From the human T2T-CHM13v2.0 reference genome, Homo sapiens: a stretch of 64,000 bases of DNA. The notes under the pieces are model-generated. The model was not told the DNA's origin. It did no database searches and saw only the letters and a program-made list of their open reading frames with translations. Positions 54,881-64,000 of the stretch are shown piece after piece. Position 1 is the stretch's first letter. Each line of letters begins with the position of its first letter. Location: NCBI RefSeq assembly GCF_009914755.1, contig NC_060929.1; one strand, 5' to 3'. The position numbers and the translations under genes were made by a program.

Positions 54881-54965
54881 TTAATCAAGGTGGTGAATTT
54901 AATTGACTTACCACCTTGATTAATTATATTAATTAATTATAGTCAAACATTAATTATAGTCAAAC
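54881..54965. repeat. 14-bp perfect inverted repeat followed by a 17-bp tandem duplication
   Basis: TTAATCAAGGTGGT (54881-54894) / ACCACCTTGATTAA (54910-54923); ATTAATTATAGTCAAAC x2 (54932-54965). Confidence 0.93.
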
Positions 54966-55140
54966 TGTTTTCTTCCCCAAAACTGATCAAAGTAGTCACA
55001 GCTCTTGAAATGCTCTGAATTCATTGATCTTTTGCAGGTGATTGATTGACACTTCTTTTTTTTTTTCAGTTTGTCCCTTTAAACGGGGATTTCAAGTGGT
55101 ACCTTTAGTGCTCTATATCAGCCTTTTGTTCTAGAATGGA

Positions 55141-55444
55141 TTTCTTTTTGAGACAGGTCTCCCTCTGTTAGCCAGGCTGGAGTCTGGAGTGCAGTAATGT
55201 GATCACAGCTCACTGCAGCCTTGACCTCCTGGGCTCCAGCAATCCTCCCACGTCAGCTTCCTGTGTCGCTGGGACTATATGCATGTGCCATCATGCTTGG
55301 CTAATTTTTTTTATTTTTTATTTTTGTAGAGACGGGGTTCCCCTATGTTGCCCAGGCTGGTCTTGAACTCCTTGACTCAAGTGAACCTCGTGCTTCAGTC
55401 TCCCAAAATGCTGAGATTACAGACATGAGCCACTGTGCCTAGCC
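55141..55444 (-). mobile_element. AluJ
   Basis: GATCACAGCTCACTGCAGCCTTGACCTCCTGGGCTC; internal CTGGAGT duplication. Confidence 0.93.
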
Positions 55445-55953
55445 TAGAACTAAATTGATGTACATATGAATCTGGAGTGATACCTGTTATAGTTTTTCAG
55501 TTTTTTTTCTTCCTCCCCCCGCATCCTCCTGCCCCCTCCCCTCTCCTGTCCCTCTTCCTGCCCCTCCTCCCCTTCCTCCTCACCATCTCATGAACCCTTG
55601 ACTCCAGCGTAATGCAGTTTATTAATTCAGAAAACATTTCAGAACCTACCATGTGCATTTTGCATTAATTACTATACTGGTTTTAAAAATTGTTTTAGCC
55701 TATTATAGGGTTATTTGAGACACTAAGCCAGTACTCTTACGTGTTTGGGTCCCTTTCACTTCCAGTGGTTGGAATGTTTTAAAATAAGACTAGAAGAATA
55801 ACAGCTCATATGATATTTGGCATGAATACTCCTTCAGTTTTGGAACAACATACCTGTTTCTTCATTGAATATTAGCAGTGACTCCATAATTCAAGGGATA
55901 CTTTAATTGTAGTCTAATCCTGGCTTTTGTAACTGTGCTTTTAACTTAATTTA

Positions 55954-56229
<276 letters not shown>

Positions 56230-56729
56230 TCAGTTAATACTGTAGAGACCCTTTCCTAAAAACTTGATTTAATGAGAACATTCCAACGTGTGCTTAATAA
56301 CACGGCAGCTGTTGATGGTCAAATTTTCTCCTATCTGAGAGTCTGAGTGAATGTGCATATGTTGAGTGTGTGGTGTGTATGCGTACACACATGTTGTGGG
56401 AGAGTTCTCTGCTAGAATTGGGGAACAAGATGGAGAGAGAGATAATTAAATGAGTGCTTAAGGATTGAGTGGATTAAGTCCAACTAGCCTGGAACCTCTC
56501 TGGTTTCTTGGTAACCAGGATTATTATGGGTTATTTCTATGTATATTGGTGCACCTTTTATTCTATTATGCTTGACAGTACCTTCTTTATGTTAAAGAAC
56601 GCCGAGGTGGATTTGTAGCCCATGTCTAGATATTTTCTAGAATAGAATCTGTTTGTCCATACATGTGAAAAGAACTGGCTTGGTTTAGGAAGTACATAAT
56701 TAACAAGGTGGGACAGGAGTTACTAGTTT

Positions 56730-57027
56730 TCGTTTGTTTGAAAGATGTGAAAGAGGGATTAGACATGTTCTGTGTATCCCGAAGGCACAGCACCAGAACC
56801 AGTGGATTGAAGCACAGGAAAACAGATTTCTGTTCAGTTCAAGGAGTGTCCGAAGAGATCATGAACCATGGGTTGGTGGTGGGGTGGATGGAGTGTAGAA
56901 ATTGCCTTTCAGTGGAGGTTGTCAAGACGACTACTGGGAGGGGACACAGGGGATTCAAGTAGTGGACTGGGAGTAGACATTGGACTAGATGATTTTTAAG
57001 GTTGATTTCAATCTAGCGACTGTGATT
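56730..57027 (+). mobile_element. L3/CR1 LINE 3' end
   Basis: AGAGGGATTAGACATGTTCTGTG...CAGATTTCTGTTCA...TTGGACTAGATGATTTTTAAGGT...CTGTGATT. Confidence 0.65.
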
Positions 57028-57129
57028 TTTAGGACATATTACATCTCCCGGAAAATGAAAAATGAAGATACATCTGGCAGTTGGGGAATTTCAGATTCAT
57101 TGGTTCAGGGTCCCTAAAGGCTTTTTCTC

Positions 57130-59175
<2,046 letters not shown>

Positions 59176-59399
59176 ATGAAGTGCTACTCCTTGAGGAGTG
59201 GTCGCAGGACCTTGGCCCCTTTTCCAGCCTCTGAGCAGACCATGCTGGCTATGGCCAGGATCTCCTGCTAAGTTTATCTCAGAACCTGCTCTCTTCTTGC
59301 TGCCTCCCATTTGGCCCCCTGCTGTTTACCAATAACTCCAGAAATACACAGGCGTGGAGAAGTTGAGCAGCCTCTGGCATTTTAATGCTAGGTGGGGAC

Positions 59400-60335
59400 C
59401 TTTCACTTCTCTTCCTGACCATTCCAAACGAGTCCATGCTGCTCCCATTTCTGTAGACAGACTGGTCCTCCATAATCCACTTTCCTGATTTTCCTCCCCG
59501 TTTTCTCTGTGCCCCTCCTTGGTCTTCTTTGCAGGCTTCTTCCTCTTTGTCCAATATCAAAACGTTGGTATTTCTTAGGCTCCACCTGGATTCTCTGCCC
59601 TTCTTATTCGACTCTCTCCCTGGTGATCCCGCCCATTTCTAGGGTTTCAGATTCTCTACATGCCGGTGCCTCCCAAACTTACATTCCAGGCCCAAGCTCT
59701 TGTCTAAGTTCTAGACCTGGGTGTCTAGCTAGAAAATGTTCTTTGATGTCTCATAGGCAACTCAAATTTGATGTGAAGAAAGCTGAACTTGCCTTCTCTT
59801 TCACTTTTCCCCTTAGTCAATGACCCAGGTAACTATCTCGAAACTTGGAAGGCTGCTGCTTCTGGCCTTACCCCTATGCCCAATCAGTTGTCAGTATAGT
59901 CAGTTCTCCCGTGAATAGCTGTACACTCTATATACTGCCTGTCACTGTGCACTGCCACCAACTAAGACCAAGCCACTGCTGCCATCTCTTTCCTAGGTTA
60001 CTTAAAGGGCAGTTGCACCCCCTACACTTTCTCCAGTCTAACATCCTATGCTGCTATTGGCCTCATAAAATGTCCATCTGATTGCATCATCCTTTGCTTA
60101 AAATGCCTCATTAGAGTTTTGATAAAATCTAAACTTTTTAACAGGGCTTATAAGATCCTTAATAACCTGTTCCCAAGCTGGCTGCATTTCTTGGAGTTTC
60201 TCGGAAATATCTGCCTCCCTCAAGCACATTCCCACCCCACCCTGCATACATACACATCTCTGGCCACTTGTTTGTCATTTACCCTAGAGTCTAACATAGG
60301 GCACAGTAAGGCCTCAATAAATATTTGTTAAATAA
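59400..60335 (+). mobile_element. L2 LINE fragments
   Basis: CCTCCCAAACTTACATTCCAGGCC...ATGTCTCATAGGCAACTCAAA...; ends CACAGTAAGGCCTCAATAAATATTTGTTAAAT. Confidence 0.65.
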
Positions 60336-60711
60336 AGGTAGGAAGGCAGTGGTCCTGGATTTTAATTGTATGTCCTCACATTTTAATTTAATTTACCTTA
60401 AAAATGTAAATGATTCCAGAGTCAAAAGTTGCTGTTTTGTTTTATAGTGCTCTGTATGTTTCCCTCCACTCTGTAGTTTCCAGAGGGTTATTAAAAATGG
60501 ACTAAAAGAAGCATGTGGGCTTCTGTTAGCAAATCAGTTGTAATCTGTGTTCTTTGGCTGAGTGCTGAGCTTAGGAGGCTGCCAGATGGGGACACAGGAA
60601 CCAAATCATCTTTGCTTCCCAGTGGGGAACAGGGGCATAAATTGGCTGAATGGGCTTCTGCAGTAAAACTCCTTCAATTTGAGCTTGTGTAAGCCAGGAT
60701 CAAAATACCTG

Positions 60712-60731
60712 AGACTTGTTGAGACTTGTCT
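60712..60731. promoter_or_regulatory. Candidate p53-family response element (zero spacer)
   Basis: AGACTTGTTG AGACTTGTCT: 19/20 match to (RRRCWWGYYY)2 with both CWWG cores intact. Confidence 0.7.
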
Positions 60732-60941
60732 AGACTGTTTGTTAAACTTTCAAACCTGTTTGGGAAGAAGGCTTGGAACAACAGTGGGTTTGGGTCTTGT
60801 GAAGTAAATCTTATTTAAAGGAAATAGACAAAAGCTTAATCATGTTTAATTTGTAACATTATAGGTAAGACTGTTGGTTGCTGTTGTAATGACTCTAAAA
60901 AAGAATAGAGAATATTTTTTTCCTTAGAAGTTCCAGGTTCA

Positions 60942-61160
<219 letters not shown>

Positions 61161-61782
61161 TCAACATTCCCAACTTCCCCCTCGGGGCTGGGAGCTCCTG
61201 GGTGAGGTTTCTAAGTCTCCATCCTCTCAGAACTCCTATCTTTAACTTCTTCGTGCATGGATCAGAGGGGCCTCCAGTCACTGCTGAGTCACAGGGATAA
61301 GCAAAAAGGGAATGACACACTTCCTGCCCCAAGTTCTAGGGAGTTTTTATGGTTTGTTTTTCTGTTTCGCTTTGAAAATTCCCTGAAAAGACAGAAGATT
61401 GCCCCAGCCGCCTCCTGATTGGCAGCCTCTATTTATTTATATGATTTCATGGGATATCCTCTCTGCTATGCCTTGTAACTCACAGGGTTTTTGAAACCTT
61501 TTTTCCTTATCACAGCAGTATTACATGTTTGTGTAGTGTATTTATCAACTACAATTTGACCAATAAAAAAAAAAGAGGCACTCCTTATTGTCACTACCCA
61601 GAAAAAAATATATTGTGCATATCATCATTCCAGGCGCTTTTCTGTGTGCTTATAGTTTTCTCTTTAAAAATTATATATGGCTTAATATAATTTCTTTGCT
61701 TTTATATATTGTTTTGTAGCCTTTGTGAAGAGTTCTCATGTTATTAATACTCTGCAAGATCGGTTTTAAAGATTGCATTACT

Positions 61783-61925
61783 GGCCAGCCGCAGTGGCTC
61801 ACACCTGTAATCCTAGCCCTTTGGGAGGCTGAGGCAGGAGAATTGCTTGAGGCCAATGGTTCAAGACCAACTTGGCCAACATAGCAAGACCCTGTCTCTT
61901 AAAAAATAAAAAATAAAAAAAAAAA
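61783..61925 (+). mobile_element. FLAM-type Alu monomer
   Basis: Monomer plus A tail; TSD AAAGAYTGCATTAC. Confidence 0.88.
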
Positions 61926-62090
61926 GACTGCATTACATGCCATATATGGATGTGCCATAATTTACTTAATCAGTCCCCATGTGGATAGTTAGGCTCTAAA
62001 AGTTTTCATATGGGGTCATTGTCATAACCCCGCGCAGTTTCCTTGCACTTGTCCACACTTCTGTCTATTTCATGGGATGTATTCCTGTAA

Positions 62091-62578
<488 letters not shown>

Positions 62579-62589
62579 TCCCAGCTGCT

Positions 62590-63000
62590 TCTTACAGCTT
62601 TCCTCCCCTTGCTTCCGTCACTGTAGCCACACCAGCCCCTGTCCCCTCCTTCCCCTGAAGCATGCCTGGCTTGTCCTGTCTCGGGCTGTAGCACTTGCTC
62701 TTTCTGCTGCCCAGACCATTATTCCTGTGGCTTTCAGCATATACCTCCAATGCCACTTCTGCTAGAGTGGTCTCCGTCAGAACCTCCTGTTTATTTTTGC
62801 CCTAGCACCTTTCACAATCCGTCCTTCATTTATGTATGTGCTTACTGGTCTGCTGCCGCTTTTTCCCACTGAATGTCAGTTTTGTAACACAGGCAACCCC
62901 TTATGTTTCATTTCCCATGTCCCCAGCATCTAAGTCAATGCCTACCATTCAGTAGGTACTAGGTAAATGCAGGTGGATTCATTCATGCTGAATGAATGAA
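62590..63000 (+). mobile_element. L2 LINE 3' end
   Basis: TGCCTACCATTCAGTAGGTACT...TGAATGAATGAA terminus. Confidence 0.65.
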
Positions 63001-63279
63001 GAAATCACCCTGTCGTTGAGGAATGTGTGGTGTAATAGGGCTGATGAGGTGTGTATAGTGATGGTTACCTCTTGGAGCCAAACATGGCTATCTCTTGGAG
63101 CAAAATGTGGGAAATGCTGTAAGTGTCCAAATATCACGGAGATGCAGGAGTGGGAGCAGTGACTGGCTACAGTGTCATGAAAGGCTCCATCTGAGCTGAG
63201 CCTTGGGAGACTGGCAGTGTTTTGCAGCTGGTGATGATGGAAAGAATCCGAGGGGCTGAGGAAAGCAGGTGAGCAGAGG

Positions 63280-63800
63280 CCCAGAGGCAAAACAGTGAAG
63301 CACGGTGGGGGCAGGACTGGGGACTGCTTTAAGTCCTATGTTGACTCATGGACTCAGACCCCTGAGCAGCAGGGAAGCATTGCGTGCTCCTCATCAGAGG
63401 GTAACATGGTGAGAGAGGATATGGAAGTGCTTTTTAAACTTAATTCTAGGTACACATGGCAGTGTTAAGGGTGATCGGGCTGTGCTTTGAGAAAATGTAT
63501 CATGAGGACAACTAAGTAAGAAGCACAGGAAGTTCAGGCCAGAGGATGAGCCTGAAGGAGGTTGGGGTGATGGGGCTGGAAATGAAGAGAAAGCAGAGGA
63601 GTGTTTTGAAGGTGAGGAAGAGGGAGAGTGGGACCCACGATGACACTGAGCCAGAGAGTTTTAGTTTGAATGACTGATGGGAAGATGAGATATGGAGCCC
63701 TAGAAGAGAAGCTGTTTGGAAGTAAGAACATTTATGAATTTAGTTTTGACCCATCCCTTTACTGAATTAGTGAGCCTCTTCCAGATTAAACCAGCCCGTG
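63280..63800 (-). mobile_element. L2 LINE fragment
   Basis: Purine-rich; GATGACACTGAG...GGGAAGATGAG...TGAATTTAGTTTTGAC. Confidence 0.5.
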
Positions 63801-64000
63801 TGCCCTCCATTGTCCTGAAGGGGCTTGGGTGACAAGAAGATAGAGGAGACAGAAGTATATACCACAGGATAGGGGCTCGGGCTCCCATGGCCTCTTCCTC
63901 CTCTGTAAGAAAAGGACTGCATTTGTGGAAAGGGGAAATGAGGCTCCAACTCCTTTCCAGGAGATGAGATGTTGTTTCCTGGAAATGTCTGTTCCCAGAC

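Noticed and set aside
56761-56770. p53 half-site AGACATGTTC
   Set aside because: Single decamer inside an L3 relic with no adjacent half-site

Overview
This is primate (most likely human) genomic DNA, not microbial, and it contains no intact host coding exon. A CpG-island promoter at about 4.95-6.0 kb leads into a short first exon ending ...CCACTCCTCCGA|GTAAGT. From memory, and not checked against a database, this is the distal first exon of TNFAIP8 (188-aa 'variant 2' isoform), which supplies only the A of a split ATG. The remaining ~58 kb is then intron 1. It is filled with Alu, FAM/FLAM, MIR, L2, L3, MaLR and MER elements, a 7SL retropseudogene, and a full-length but disabled L1PA3/PA4-like LINE-1 on the minus strand (30.9-37.1 kb). 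Most ORF-track entries are chance ORFs or repeat-derived. Best leads: (1) the L1 antisense promoter and its open ORF0 point in the TNFAIP8 direction, and the first ORF0 splice donor is phase 1, predicting an in-frame ORF0-TNFAIP8 fusion; (2) a 32-bp fold-back palindrome array and other templated-repair scars; (3) a 22-nt poly(A)-tailed micro-retrocopy with a 19-bp target-site duplication; (4) a p53 element plus ARE/ETS cluster ~55 kb into the intron; (5) a possible ancient L1 3' transduction. Repeat subfamily names are assigned by eye against remembered consensuses, and boundaries of old repeats are approximate.
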